DNA from: Minisyncoccota bacterium
GTDB taxonomy: Bacteria; Patescibacteriota; Minisyncoccia; Phycocordibacterales; JABMNX01
Direction: 5' to 3'
Assembly: GCA_965222715.1 (NCBI GenBank)
Contig: OZ244961.1
Span: forward strand, 140,609 to 204,608
Length of the DNA stretch: 64,000 nucleotides
Under the pieces are notes generated by a model. It worked only from the letters and a program-made list of their open reading frames with translations. It did no database searches and was not told the origin of the DNA. Shown here in pieces: positions 20,246-28,936 of the stretch. Numbering within the stretch: position 1 is the first letter of the stretch; each line of letters opens with the position of its first letter. The position numbers and the translations under genes are program-made.

Positions 20246-20482
20246 ATGGATAAACAAGTAGTTATTTATAGCACCCCGACTTGTCATTTCTGTCAGATGA
20301 CAAAAGAATTCTTAAAAGAGAATAATATTGAGTACACAGATTATAATGTTGCTGAAGATATGGAAAAGCGACAAGAAATGATTGAGAAGAGTGGACAAAT
20401 GGGAGTACCAGTAACATTTGTCGATGAAGAGATGTTTGTGGGGTTTGATAAAGACAAACTCTCACAAGCTCTTGGATTGTAA
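20246..20482 (+). CDS. glutaredoxin-like protein (NrdH/Grx family, CHFC active site)
   Basis: 78 aa from ATG 20246, thioredoxin fold motifs (VVIYSTPTCHFCQ, GVPV); a longer alternative frame from 20105 would add a TM helix but overlaps ftsB. Confidence 0.6.
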   Translation: MDKQVVIYSTPTCHFCQMTKEFLKENNIEYTDYNVAEDMEKRQEMIEKSGQMGVPVTFVDEEMFVGFDKDKLSQALGL

Positions 20483-20550
20483 GGGCTCTAGAATAACTTA
20501 CGTGCAAAAAACACGAAAATTTTGTTGGTGTTTTTTAGCACTACAGTAAA

Positions 20551-20579
20551 TTGACAAAATTAATAAATCATTTTATTAT
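20551..20579 (+). promoter_or_regulatory. near-consensus sigma70 promoter (TTGACA-17-TATTAT)
   Basis: TTGACA 20551-20556, TATTAT 20574-20579; AGGAGG RBS 20603-20608 then ATG 20616. Confidence 0.55.
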
Positions 20580-20615
20580 ATATACCAGTTTCATTAAGGG
20601 TGTTAGGAGGTCTAG

Positions 20616-21119
20616 ATGGAACCCAAACTTCCCATATGCACCCAAGGATTACTTGGTCGTTGGGTGGATACTCTATTTGAGCCAGTAATGCGGTATATCT
20701 CATCAGGGGCACCTGAGGAGATGCCACAACGGACACATCGTTGGAATAATCACCATTTGAAAGAAGAGAAAGTCGCACATCTTAAATCAGGGTGGATGGC
20801 TGCACACTCTGGCGACCCAAATGCAAGCAGTGCTCCCCACATATTGGCGCATTTGACTCGATATGGTGGGTGGGACCATTACCTCGTGCTTTCTCCCAAA
20901 ACAGAAGAAAATTGTAGTTGGCACATTGGCTGGCAATGGTCTGGAGGCGCTGGCGTGTCTCGTGTTCCAGTCGAGGGTCCGGTACGAGTACTTGTTGGTC
21001 CAAAGCCAACGAAATGGTTTGGGATTAATGCGGAGACACATACCCAAATTCCGATTCAACAAATTGGCAAGGGGAAAATTGGTCGCAACAAAGAGTTCTT
21101 TAAGATCCCTCTTTTTTAA
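20616..21119 (+). CDS. hypothetical protein, Trp/His-rich, no recognisable domain
   Basis: 167-aa ORF with strong promoter, RBS and downstream terminator; GC (~48%) above flanks. Confidence 0.45.
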   Translation: MEPKLPICTQGLLGRWVDTLFEPVMRYISSGAPEEMPQRTHRWNNHHLKEEKVAHLKSGWMAAHSGDPNASSAPHILAHLTRYGGWDHYLVLSPKTEENCSWHIGWQWSGGAGVSRVPVEGPVRVLVGPKPTKWFGINAETHTQIPIQQIGKGKIGRNKEFFKIPLF

Positions 21120-21132
21120 GGGTTACCGGTTT

Positions 21133-21161
21133 GCACGTTGTCCGAAACAACGTGCTTTTTG
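21133..21161 (+). terminator. rho-independent terminator (GCACGTTG tccgaaa CAACGTGC + TTTTTG)
   Basis: 8-bp stem and T-run after 20616-21119 ORF. Confidence 0.6.
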
Positions 21162-21183
21162 TTTGTGTTATAGTACTCGCATT

Positions 21184-21255
21184 GCCCCTGTAGTTAAATG
21201 GATATAACAATCCCGTCCTAAGGGATTATTCTGGGTTCGATTCCTGGCGGGGGCA
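21184..21255 (+). tRNA. tRNA-Arg (anticodon CCT)
   Basis: cloverleaf by eye; anticodon loop GTCCTAA; followed by CCG, not CCA. Confidence 0.8.
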
Positions 21256-21282
21256 CCGAAATTAAAATACTGATATAAAACC

Positions 21283-21421
21283 AGTGTTTTAATTTTGGTC
21301 TCAGGAATCGAAAGACGGAACGAGCGGTAGCGAGTGAGTCCGGGTAGGAGCCACTTCGTACTATTCCAGTATACTGGCATAGTACGTTAGTGAGCTGACA
21401 CCGATTCCTGGCGGGGGCACA
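21283..21421 (+). repeat. tRNA 3'-flank structured element, copy A (ends in 19-nt repeat of the tRNA-Arg 3' end)
   Basis: core TCGAAAGACGGAACGAGCGGTAGCGAGTGAGTCCGGGTAGGAGCCACTT-hairpin-TAGTGAGCTGACACCG then CGATTCCTGGCGGGGGCAC, identical to 21237-21255; homologous to copies at 48970-49098, 57131-57228 and 58836-58952. Confidence 0.7.
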
Positions 21422-21586
21422 AAACTGCAAGAAAACCATACTTACGTCTCATTTCTTGCGTTTTGTGAAGTGGGGCGATATCAAGTGAAACGAGACCATC
21501 AGCCAGTGTTGTACTCTCCATACTATGAATTACATTCCTTGTTTTATTTAGCACTTTAAAAATGTATATGGTTTAATTTATTTATC

Positions 21587-22273
21587 ATGGAATATTTTTC
21601 TACAGAAACCTTGTTTTTACTGGTCACATTATTATCTATGTCTTTTATGCTTATTGCATACAAGCTGGGAAAGACATATGTTATTGCACTGACCGCTGTT
21701 TTACTTATACTTGCTAATTTAATTGGCCCCAAAATAGTTTCAGTATTTGGCTATGCTATAACTGCTGGTACTCCACTGTTTGCTGCGCTACCTCTTGCTA
21801 CAGATCTTTTAGCGGAGAGGTATGGAAAAGAGGTTGCCAGGAATGCCGTTTTCGCTGCGTTCTTAGCAATGGCACTTTTTATCGCTGTTAGTCAGCCAAT
21901 TATTGCAATGCAGTGGCTTGCTTTTGCTGAAGAAGCTGGTTCAGCCATTGATACTGTAGTAGGGGCCTCATTAAGACTTATGATTGCTTCTCCGGTTGCT
22001 TATCTTATTTGGCAACTCATTGATATACGTATCTTTGCTTGGATACGTAGCAAGACAGGAGAAAAAAAGCTTTGGTTGCGTAACAATGTAAGCACAATAA
22101 TTGCCCAAGCAGGTAGTACATATACTTTCTTTGGTATGGCATTCATTGGAACTGGAACTCCTTGGATAGAGATTGCAACAGTAACGGTAGTGTTTTATTG
22201 GGTCATAGCTCTTCTTGATACAGTCGTTGTATATTTCTCACGAAATATCGAACCACTGGAATTAAAAGTCTAA
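21587..22273 (+). CDS. queuosine-precursor transporter YhhQ family (DUF165)
   Basis: 228 aa, 6 TM, conserved RNNVSTIIAQAGSTYTFF-type segment. Confidence 0.55.
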   Translation: MEYFSTETLFLLVTLLSMSFMLIAYKLGKTYVIALTAVLLILANLIGPKIVSVFGYAITAGTPLFAALPLATDLLAERYGKEVARNAVFAAFLAMALFIAVSQPIIAMQWLAFAEEAGSAIDTVVGASLRLMIASPVAYLIWQLIDIRIFAWIRSKTGEKKLWLRNNVSTIIAQAGSTYTFFGMAFIGTGTPWIEIATVTVVFYWVIALLDTVVVYFSRNIEPLELKV

Positions 22274-22282
22274 TTAGTTAGT

Positions 22283-22768
22283 ATGAACGAAATCTTTCTT
22301 TGGCTCATTACCTTGGTACTTCTATTGTTTGGAGTATTAGGCACAGTTATCCCGGCCTTTCCTGGCATTACGCTTGTCTTTATTGGGATACTCTTTTACG
22401 CGTGGATGACCGAATTTGCAACAATATCAGTAACCTTTCTTGTGGTAGTTGGTATTATCTCGCTGCTTGCCATTGGGGCTGATTATGCGGGCTCAGCGCT
22501 TGGGGCAAGGTTTGGTGGGGGAAAGTGGAAATCAGTACTTGGTGGAGTACTTGGCCTTATTATTGGGGCCTTTGTATTAGGTCCGCTTGGGTTATTTTTT
22601 GGGGCACTATGTGGTGCGTTTCTTGGTGCTCTTGTTGAAGGTGCGACACATAGGGATGCTCTAAAGACAGGCTTTTTTACTGTACTTGGGGTTGTGGGAA
22701 GTACTGTAGTGCAGCTGTTTCTGGCCATTTCTCTCGTGGTAGCTTTCTTGCTCGCTCTTATTTTTTAA
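22283..22768 (+). CDS. DUF456 family membrane protein
   Basis: 161 aa, 4 TM, GTVIPAFPG N-terminal motif. Confidence 0.55.
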   Translation: MNEIFLWLITLVLLLFGVLGTVIPAFPGITLVFIGILFYAWMTEFATISVTFLVVVGIISLLAIGADYAGSALGARFGGGKWKSVLGGVLGLIIGAFVLGPLGLFFGALCGAFLGALVEGATHRDALKTGFFTVLGVVGSTVVQLFLAISLVVAFLLALIF

Positions 22769-22817
22769 AATACCGACACCCTGTATTTTTAAGGTATCTT
22801 TGGTATACTTTTGTGGT

Positions 22818-23141
22818 ATGCAGGATCTTGAAAAATTGCTTAAGAAGAACCTTGCACTGACAGAAGAGAACAATCGACTTCTTAAGAAAATGCGCCGCGG
22901 TGCCGTGTGGGGTTTTATTTTTAAGCTGATCTGGATTGCGGTTCTCATTGGTATTCCTGTATATCTTTACATTAACTTTCTATCGCCAGTTGTTGATGAA
23001 ATATCTGGTGTTGTTCAAAAAGTAGAAGAGACCACTGGAAAAGTTGAAAATCTTCAAGGAGAGGTAGAGTCACGTCTTGGAGAAAGCAGTCTCACAGATC
23101 TACTCGATAACCTCAACTTTTTTAATGGAGGAGGGGAGTAA
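22818..23141 (+). CDS. hypothetical membrane protein
   Basis: ATG 22818 (track start 22800 is TTG); single TM then coiled/acidic tail. Confidence 0.4.
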   Translation: MQDLEKLLKKNLALTEENNRLLKKMRRGAVWGFIFKLIWIAVLIGIPVYLYINFLSPVVDEISGVVQKVEETTGKVENLQGEVESRLGESSLTDLLDNLNFFNGGGE

Positions 23142-23154
23142 TATAAAAACACAC

Positions 23155-23228
23155 GCTCAGGTAGCTCAGTTGGTTAGAGCACTTGTCTGAAGAACAAGGG
23201 GTCGGCAGTTCGAATCTGCCCCTGAGCA
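23155..23228 (+). tRNA. tRNA-Phe (anticodon GAA)
   Basis: cloverleaf by eye; anticodon loop CTGAAGA. Confidence 0.85.
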
Positions 23229-23338
23229 CAAAGTGCGAATGATGAGTTTAGTAACCTGACGCCAAGATTGACCGCAAATCTGCCCAAAAAACACCACAAG
23301 TACTTGCGGTGTTTTTTAGTGACTCTAAACAGTTTCCT

Positions 23339-23857
23339 CTACGACGCCTTCACTTTTAGTTTGGTCTCTCGGTCCTTATCAATCTTTGGAAGTTTAATAG
23401 TGAGTACTCCATGTTTTTCATTTGCTTCAGCGCCATCAACTTCAACTTCCTGAGGAAGGAGAATAGTACGAGAAAATGATCCCCAATAAAGCTCTCGATA
23501 AAAATAATTATCTTCAGTTGCTTCTTTTTGTTCTTCTCGTTTTCCTTTAATGGTCACCATGTCACGAGTGATTGAAACATCAAGATGATCTGGCTTCACA
23601 CCAGCAACAATTGCCTTAATGACTATTTGATCGCTTGTCTGAAATACGTCAACACTTAATTGACCTTCCTCGTCTTCTACCCAACCATTTGATTCGCTGT
23701 CTTCATTTTCAACATCGATGCTAATGTTTTTCTCCCCACGGCGGGGAGCAGGTATTACTTCCTCTTCTTCAAAGATATCATCGTTGTAGTCATCAATTGA
23801 GGCGGTACCAGTGAGCCTCTCAAAGAATGATCGTTTTTCTTTTCCTCGCATAATCAT
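23339..23857 (-). CDS. Hsp20/alpha-crystallin family small heat-shock protein
   Basis: 172 aa, ACD core with GVLTIKLPK C-terminal motif. Confidence 0.8.
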   Translation of the reverse strand: MIMRGKEKRSFFERLTGTASIDDYNDDIFEEEEVIPAPRRGEKNISIDVENEDSESNGWVEDEEGQLSVDVFQTSDQIVIKAIVAGVKPDHLDVSITRDMVTIKGKREEQKEATEDNYFYRELYWGSFSRTILLPQEVEVDGAEANEKHGVLTIKLPKIDKDRETKLKVKAS

Positions 23858-24558
23858 TTTCGTTTAAAAAGTTGTAAGCACTTTTGGATTAGTTTTATTC
23901 TCTCTAACGTGAGTAGGAGCACAATAATACCTGCCCATACTGCTGCAAAAACAAATAATATACTCGTTTCGTTACTTTGTATTATAGAAAAGTTAAATAG
24001 TGCGTGCAATACAATAGCGAGGATAATTCCTATACCGACAAGAAATCGTTTTGCCCATTTTGTCTCACAAAAACTGAATGCAATAAAGACACCGATAGTA
24101 GCAGAGGCAAGTACGTGGAGGAGGGTCGCGCCAAGGAAGCGAAAATTCCCAGTTATTAAGCTCGTTAGTATTTCACCGTTTGCAAGTGGGTCGAGTAAAA
24201 AGAGAGTATTTTCAAGTGCGGCAAATCCAAGCGCAACACTAATCATATAAATGACTGGATCAATTGGTTCATTAACCTCTTTCTTCCGTAAAACAGAGAA
24301 GTACGCAAAGAGATACTTGAGTATCTCTTCAATCGTTGCCCATGCAACAATAAGGAGTGTTCCTGAAAAAAAAGCTTGCGCGTAGCGCTGAAGGGGAATT
24401 ACAAAAGGAATGGTCAACATGCCCATGAAAAATGCGAGAAAAATAAGACGTTTGGGTTCAGGATGTTTCTTATCTTCTCTGAGCCAGAACCAGAGCCATA
24501 TGAGTGCAGGGAGGATGCCGCCGAGCGCAGCAAAGAGAATTGTTTCTCCTGTTATCAT
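23854..24558 (-). CDS. PrsW family intramembrane metalloprotease
   Basis: 234 aa, multi-TM, EExxK (ATIEEILKY), FxxxE (GFAALEN) and HxxxN (HALFNF) motifs. Confidence 0.7.
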   Translation of the reverse strand: MITGETILFAALGGILPALIWLWFWLREDKKHPEPKRLIFLAFFMGMLTIPFVIPLQRYAQAFFSGTLLIVAWATIEEILKYLFAYFSVLRKKEVNEPIDPVIYMISVALGFAALENTLFLLDPLANGEILTSLITGNFRFLGATLLHVLASATIGVFIAFSFCETKWAKRFLVGIGIILAIVLHALFNFSIIQSNETSILFVFAAVWAGIIVLLLTLERIKLIQKCLQLFKRK

Positions 24559-24593
24559 TACTTAATAGTATACCTTGAGTAAGTAGCGTTAAC

Positions 24594-26810
24594 CTAGTGT
24601 GTAGGCCATTCTGTCACTATGAGTAATTCAGTATCTTTCTCTGGAAGTTTCTCCCAGATAGTTTCTGTGACAAATGGCATAAATGGATGAAGGAGCTTTA
24701 GTGAGGTGGTAAGCGTGTGATACAACACCCATTGTCGTGAGCTTTTTTCTTCCTCACTACCATCACTGAAAATCTTTTTACTCTCCTCTATAATTTCATC
24801 TGCAAAACGGTGCCATATATAGTGGTAGGTAGTGTCTGCTGCGAGATCAAGGCGAAAGGCGTCAATGTGTTCAGTTACATTTTTCACAACATCCTCAAGT
24901 TCTTGTAATAACTCTTCGTCACTTGCTACTAGAGATGGTTTTTGTTTAAGATCAACATCTTCTACATTTTCTAATACAAAGCGAGAAATATTCCACACTT
25001 TGTTTGCAAAGTGTTTGTACCCCCGCACTTTATCTTCTGAAAGTCGCAAATCGTTACCAACTGCCGCACCAACAATGAGTGAAAGACGAGTTGCGTCAGC
25101 ACCATATTTCTCAATCATATCGAGCGGGTCAATAATATTTCCAAGAGACTTACTCATTTTTTGACCTTTTGCGTCGCGTACAAGCCCGTGCAGATACACA
25201 GTTTTAAAAGGCACGTCTCCTAAGTGGTAGGTGCTCATCAGTATCATGCGCGCAACCCAGAAAAAGAGAATATCGTAGCCAGTTTCAAGTACGTTTGTTG
25301 GGTGGTAGGTTTTTAAATCATTTGTATTCTCTGGCCAACCAAGTGTTGAGAAGGTCCATAAACCTGAAGAAAACCACGTATCAAGTGTGTCAGGGTCTTG
25401 TTCCCAGCCATCTCCTTCAGGTGCTTCGGTGTCACAGTACACTTCATCATCCTTATACCACACTGGAATACGATGTCCGTACCAAATTTGTCGTGAGATA
25501 CACCACGGACGAAGGTTATCAATCCAATGGTAGTAAGTCTTTTTAAAACGATCAGGAAGTATGTTCGTTTGCCCACTCTCAACCACGTGTTTCATGAGTT
25601 GCTTAAGAGTAACGGTTTCACCAGAAGAAATACCCTCAATATTTGAGTGCTTAAGGGTGAATTCTTTCTCAACCCCAATAAACCATTGTTTCATTACTTG
25701 TGGCTCTATGGTTGCACCAGTTCGCTCAGCAGTAGCAATGTTATGTGTGTAATTTTCATCAACTCTAATAAGGAGGCCTTTTTTATCGAGTTTCTCGACA
25801 ATTTTTTCTCGCGCTTCAGTTATCTTCATTCCAGCGAACTCTTCAGCAACAGGAAGGAGTTTTCCGTATTGATCAATAATTTGTTCTTTATCAAGATCGT
25901 ATTTTTCTGCTAAATCAAAATCAACAACACTATGCCATGGTGTAATAGTCATTACGCCAGAGCCAAATTCTGGATTCGCTGCCGCATCTTTAATGATTGT
26001 TGCTGTTATTGCTCCGTTTATCCATTCAACTTCTATTTCTTGTCCATGTGAGTATTCTTGATAACGTTTATCATCTGGGTGCATCACCACATATTTATCA
26101 CCAAACTTTGTCTCTGGCCGTGCGGTACCGATTTCAAATGGACCATACTTAAAGTAATAAAATTTTCCTTTTTCTTCTTTGTACACAATCTCATCATCAG
26201 AAATGACCGTTTGTCCTTTGGGGTCCCAGTTAACCGATCGGTCTCCTTGATAGATAAGTCCATCGTCATACATTCGTTTAAACGCGGTGTAGACTGCCTT
26301 TGTACGATCTTCATCGAGAGTAAAGGCTTCACGACTCCAATCAACTGAAGAACCCATTTTCCGCACCTGGTTTGCAATGGTGTCATGGCTCTCTTGTGCA
26401 AATTCTTCAACTCGTCTTAAAAATTCTTCACGACCAAAGTCGTGTCGATTCTTCTTTTCTTTTTTATACAATTCTTTCTCAACCTTTGACTGTGTTGCAA
26501 TTGCTGCATGGTCTGTGCCGGGAAGCCACAAGGCTTTCTTTCCACGCATGCGTTCAAAACGAATAAGAATATCTTGAATGGCGAGCATAGCAGCATGGCC
26601 CATGTGGAGTGTCCCCGTTACGTTTGGTGGGGGAAGGACAATTGAGTATGGCTCAATTCGCTCGCCTTTCTTAGTTTCAGGTAAGTTATCGGGGTTGAAA
26701 AAACCGCTTTCTTCCCAGCGTTTGTAGATTGCATCCTCATTTGTGTGAGGGTCATACGGTTTTAAAAAAGCGTCATCCACCCCGTTAGAAATGTCTGATT
26801 TTTCATTCAT
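24594..26810 (-). CDS. valS: valine--tRNA ligase (short form lacking C-terminal coiled coil)
   Basis: 738 aa, PPPNVTGTLHMGHA HIGH region, KMSKSLGN motif. Confidence 0.9.
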   Translation of the reverse strand: MNEKSDISNGVDDAFLKPYDPHTNEDAIYKRWEESGFFNPDNLPETKKGERIEPYSIVLPPPNVTGTLHMGHAAMLAIQDILIRFERMRGKKALWLPGTDHAAIATQSKVEKELYKKEKKNRHDFGREEFLRRVEEFAQESHDTIANQVRKMGSSVDWSREAFTLDEDRTKAVYTAFKRMYDDGLIYQGDRSVNWDPKGQTVISDDEIVYKEEKGKFYYFKYGPFEIGTARPETKFGDKYVVMHPDDKRYQEYSHGQEIEVEWINGAITATIIKDAAANPEFGSGVMTITPWHSVVDFDLAEKYDLDKEQIIDQYGKLLPVAEEFAGMKITEAREKIVEKLDKKGLLIRVDENYTHNIATAERTGATIEPQVMKQWFIGVEKEFTLKHSNIEGISSGETVTLKQLMKHVVESGQTNILPDRFKKTYYHWIDNLRPWCISRQIWYGHRIPVWYKDDEVYCDTEAPEGDGWEQDPDTLDTWFSSGLWTFSTLGWPENTNDLKTYHPTNVLETGYDILFFWVARMILMSTYHLGDVPFKTVYLHGLVRDAKGQKMSKSLGNIIDPLDMIEKYGADATRLSLIVGAAVGNDLRLSEDKVRGYKHFANKVWNISRFVLENVEDVDLKQKPSLVASDEELLQELEDVVKNVTEHIDAFRLDLAADTTYHYIWHRFADEIIEESKKIFSDGSEEEKSSRQWVLYHTLTTSLKLLHPFMPFVTETIWEKLPEKDTELLIVTEWPTH

Positions 26811-26993
26811 AGCATTTTCTCTGTAGGACGCATTGCCCGTCTTTAATCATTACCTTCCATTCAGTAATATTTCTAACGGGGTCCATAGGTGCCATCATAG
26901 CAAACAGGCGCTTATTATCAACATATATTCTAACTAGTGTACTTCAGTAGAGTTGTGTGATTTACTTGCCTTAGAGATGAAAGGAGGTGCAAC

Positions 26994-27239
26994 ATGGTGT
27001 TGCCACGTTCTATGACTCACGAGCACGGGAGAGCGGTTGAGATTACCAGTACGGTAATGCGTATCTGTATTCGTGGACACCACTTCAATGTGCCGATCAA
27101 ATATGTTGAATTTCCGAAAGAAGGAAGCCAGCTACCGATTAGCATCACGTCAGACGCCACTTTGAGTGGCTCTGCTCCGTGCACCTGTCCAACTACTGAG
27201 GTACTCGTTCCACCTCTGTGCATACCCACACGTCTTTGA
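26994..27239 (+). CDS. candidate small Cys/His-containing protein (unverified)
   Basis: 81-aa ORF with perfect SD AAAGGAGGTG 5 nt before ATG and a terminator at 27276-27316; GC above background; no homology recognised. Confidence 0.3.
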   Translation: MVLPRSMTHEHGRAVEITSTVMRICIRGHHFNVPIKYVEFPKEGSQLPISITSDATLSGSAPCTCPTTEVLVPPLCIPTRL

Positions 27240-27275
27240 TTGTTCCAAAAAATATTTAAAGAAAAGACTTTTTAA

Positions 27276-27316
27276 CCCGCAGCTAACATTAGTGTAGCTG
27301 CGGGCAACTTTTTTGC
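27276..27316. terminator. bidirectional intrinsic terminator (CCCGCAGCTA ... TAGCTGCGGG) serving tsaD (-) and the 26994 ORF (+)
   Basis: 10-bp stem with T-runs on both sides. Confidence 0.6.
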
Positions 27317-27327
27317 ACACCTTGTAT

Positions 27328-28509
27328 CTATCGCAGGCTAAGATTCCCCTTTGCAACGATGTCTTTTATTTTAGGCACTTTTCTTTTAAGTGTATGGGAA
27401 ACGTATGCTGCTCCAGCAATCATAACAGCATTGTCCCCAGTTAATCCTTTTGGTGGTATATACACTTCTACATCTGGATATGTTCTTTGAATATGCGTTT
27501 CAAGTGTATAGCGAATATGCTCGTTTGCAGACACTCCGCCACCAAGAAGAAATGTTTGTACAGCGTAGGTATCAATCGCGGCAAGTGTCTTCTTTAGTAA
27601 AATATCAGCAGCGGCATCTTCAAATTCATGCGCAATTTGTTTCTTGTCAGTTTCAGTAAACATGCGCTTTCGCTCTTTAATATCACGAATAAGGTAGAGA
27701 ACTGCAGTCTTAAGTCCAGAGAATGAAAAATCAAAATCAGCACTATCGATCATTGGTCGTGGGAGTGTGTAGGCTTTTTCTAAATTTTCTTCTCGAGCAG
27801 CCTGTGCGAGCTTTGAAATCTCAGGACCACCAGGGTAGGGCAGCTCCAGCATACGAGCAACTTTATCAAATGCTTCACCCACTGCATCGTCTCGTGTCTC
27901 TCCAATGATTTCATACTCACCCCATTTTTTCATAAGGACTAGTTGCGTATGACCTCCAGAGATAAGGAGCGAGAGAGCAGGGAAGGCAACCGGTATAATT
28001 TCATTGTTTTTAATAAGTCCTGAGAGCACATGCCCCTCCATGTGGTTTGCGGGCATAAGTGGAATGTCCCATACAATAGAGAGTGCTTTAGCAAAATTAA
28101 CACCAACCCAGAGCGCAGGTTCAAGACCTGGGCCAACAGTTACCGTTATAAGATCAATAGGTGGTTTTTTAACATTTGAAAGAAATGCAATCAGGAGTAC
28201 AAAGAGCTCTGGCTCTCTTACAAGAAGTTCTTTTAATTCAGTGACCTGATCCCGTGAGAGTGGCGCGTTTGCTTGAGTAAGGAGTCGTGCATCGCTCAGT
28301 ACTTGTTGAAGTAATGGAGTGAGGTTCCGTGCGTGTTCACGTTTAGCAAGAGTGGGATAGACGCCACCATACTCCTTATGAAGTGCGACTTGAGAAAGGA
28401 GAGAATTCCCAAGCACTTCGAAAGAGACTCCTTTTGTGAGGTCACCGTCTGCCTCAACCAGGCTAAGCGCTGTTTCGTCGCACGACGTTTCTATGGCAAG
28501 AATTTTCAT
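27328..28509 (-). CDS. tsaD: tRNA N6-adenosine threonylcarbamoyltransferase TsaD (Kae1/YgjD family)
   Basis: 393 aa, MKILAIETSCDETA N-terminus, HMEGH metal site, C-terminal GLTGDNAVMIA. Confidence 0.8.
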   Translation of the reverse strand: MKILAIETSCDETALSLVEADGDLTKGVSFEVLGNSLLSQVALHKEYGGVYPTLAKREHARNLTPLLQQVLSDARLLTQANAPLSRDQVTELKELLVREPELFVLLIAFLSNVKKPPIDLITVTVGPGLEPALWVGVNFAKALSIVWDIPLMPANHMEGHVLSGLIKNNEIIPVAFPALSLLISGGHTQLVLMKKWGEYEIIGETRDDAVGEAFDKVARMLELPYPGGPEISKLAQAAREENLEKAYTLPRPMIDSADFDFSFSGLKTAVLYLIRDIKERKRMFTETDKKQIAHEFEDAAADILLKKTLAAIDTYAVQTFLLGGGVSANEHIRYTLETHIQRTYPDVEVYIPPKGLTGDNAVMIAGAAYVSHTLKRKVPKIKDIVAKGNLSLR

Positions 28510-28513
28510 ACAG

Positions 28514-28587
28514 TGGGCGATACAGAATTCGAATCTGTGACCTCATCAACGTCAATGATGCGCTCTAACCAACTGAGCTAATCGCCC
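28514..28587 (-). tRNA. tRNA-Val (anticodon GAC)
   Basis: cloverleaf by eye; anticodon loop TTGACGT. Confidence 0.85.
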
Positions 28588-28635
28588 TTTATAATAAGAG
28601 GATTATACCAAATAGGACTATTTTTCCTATTATTG

Positions 28636-28719
28636 CGGAGGAGGTGGGACTTGAACCCACAAGCGCCGAAGCGCGCCGCTTTTCGAGAGCGGTCCGTTAC
28701 CAATTCCGGGCACTCCTCC
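28636..28719 (-). tRNA. tRNA-Ser (anticodon CGA)
   Basis: cloverleaf by eye, long variable arm, G73; anticodon loop CTCGAAA. Confidence 0.8.
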
Positions 28720-28774
28720 AGTGGAATCCAGACTAGCACTTTTTGCAGAAACTCCCAAAATGTTGTATTCTAAT

Positions 28775-28800
28775 AAACGCCAAGGGTACCCTTGGCGTTT
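28775..28800. repeat. conserved palindromic terminator repeat copy 2 (AAACGCCAAGGGTACCCTTGGCGTTT)
   Basis: same AAACGCCAAG...CTTGGCGTTT arms as copies at 4386, 41432, 48668, 56993, 60593. Confidence 0.6.
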
Positions 28801-28851
28801 AGTTTGGCTTTGATAAGCCACGCCTAAATACTTAAATAAAAAGTTATTTTA

Positions 28852-28923
28852 GGCCCCATCGTCTAACGGTTAGGACGCGGCCTTTTCAAGGCTGAAATCG
28901 GGGTTCGATTCCCCGTGGGGTCA
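28852..28923 (+). tRNA. tRNA-Glu (anticodon TTC)
   Basis: cloverleaf by eye; anticodon loop TTTTCAA. Confidence 0.85.
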
Positions 28924-28936
28924 CAACTTTGTTGGT

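Noticed and set aside
21256-21258. CCG instead of CCA after the discriminator of tRNA-Arg and tRNA-Leu(TAA)
   Set aside because: Most tRNAs here lack an encoded CCA and rely on the CCA-adding enzyme; CCG is likely coincidental. Noted only because both loci carry 3'-flank elements.
21256-21421. Hammerhead or other small self-cleaving ribozyme in the tRNA-flank elements
   Set aside because: No CUGAUGA...GAAAC core. CGAAAG and CTGAC(R)CC occur, but not in hammerhead arrangement.
22800-22817. Track start of ORF 22800..23141
   Set aside because: The first codon is TTG with no RBS; the in-frame ATG at 22818 is more plausible.
26811-26993. T-box leader upstream of valS
   Set aside because: No AGGGTGGNACCGCG T-box sequence or specifier-loop architecture found on the minus strand.
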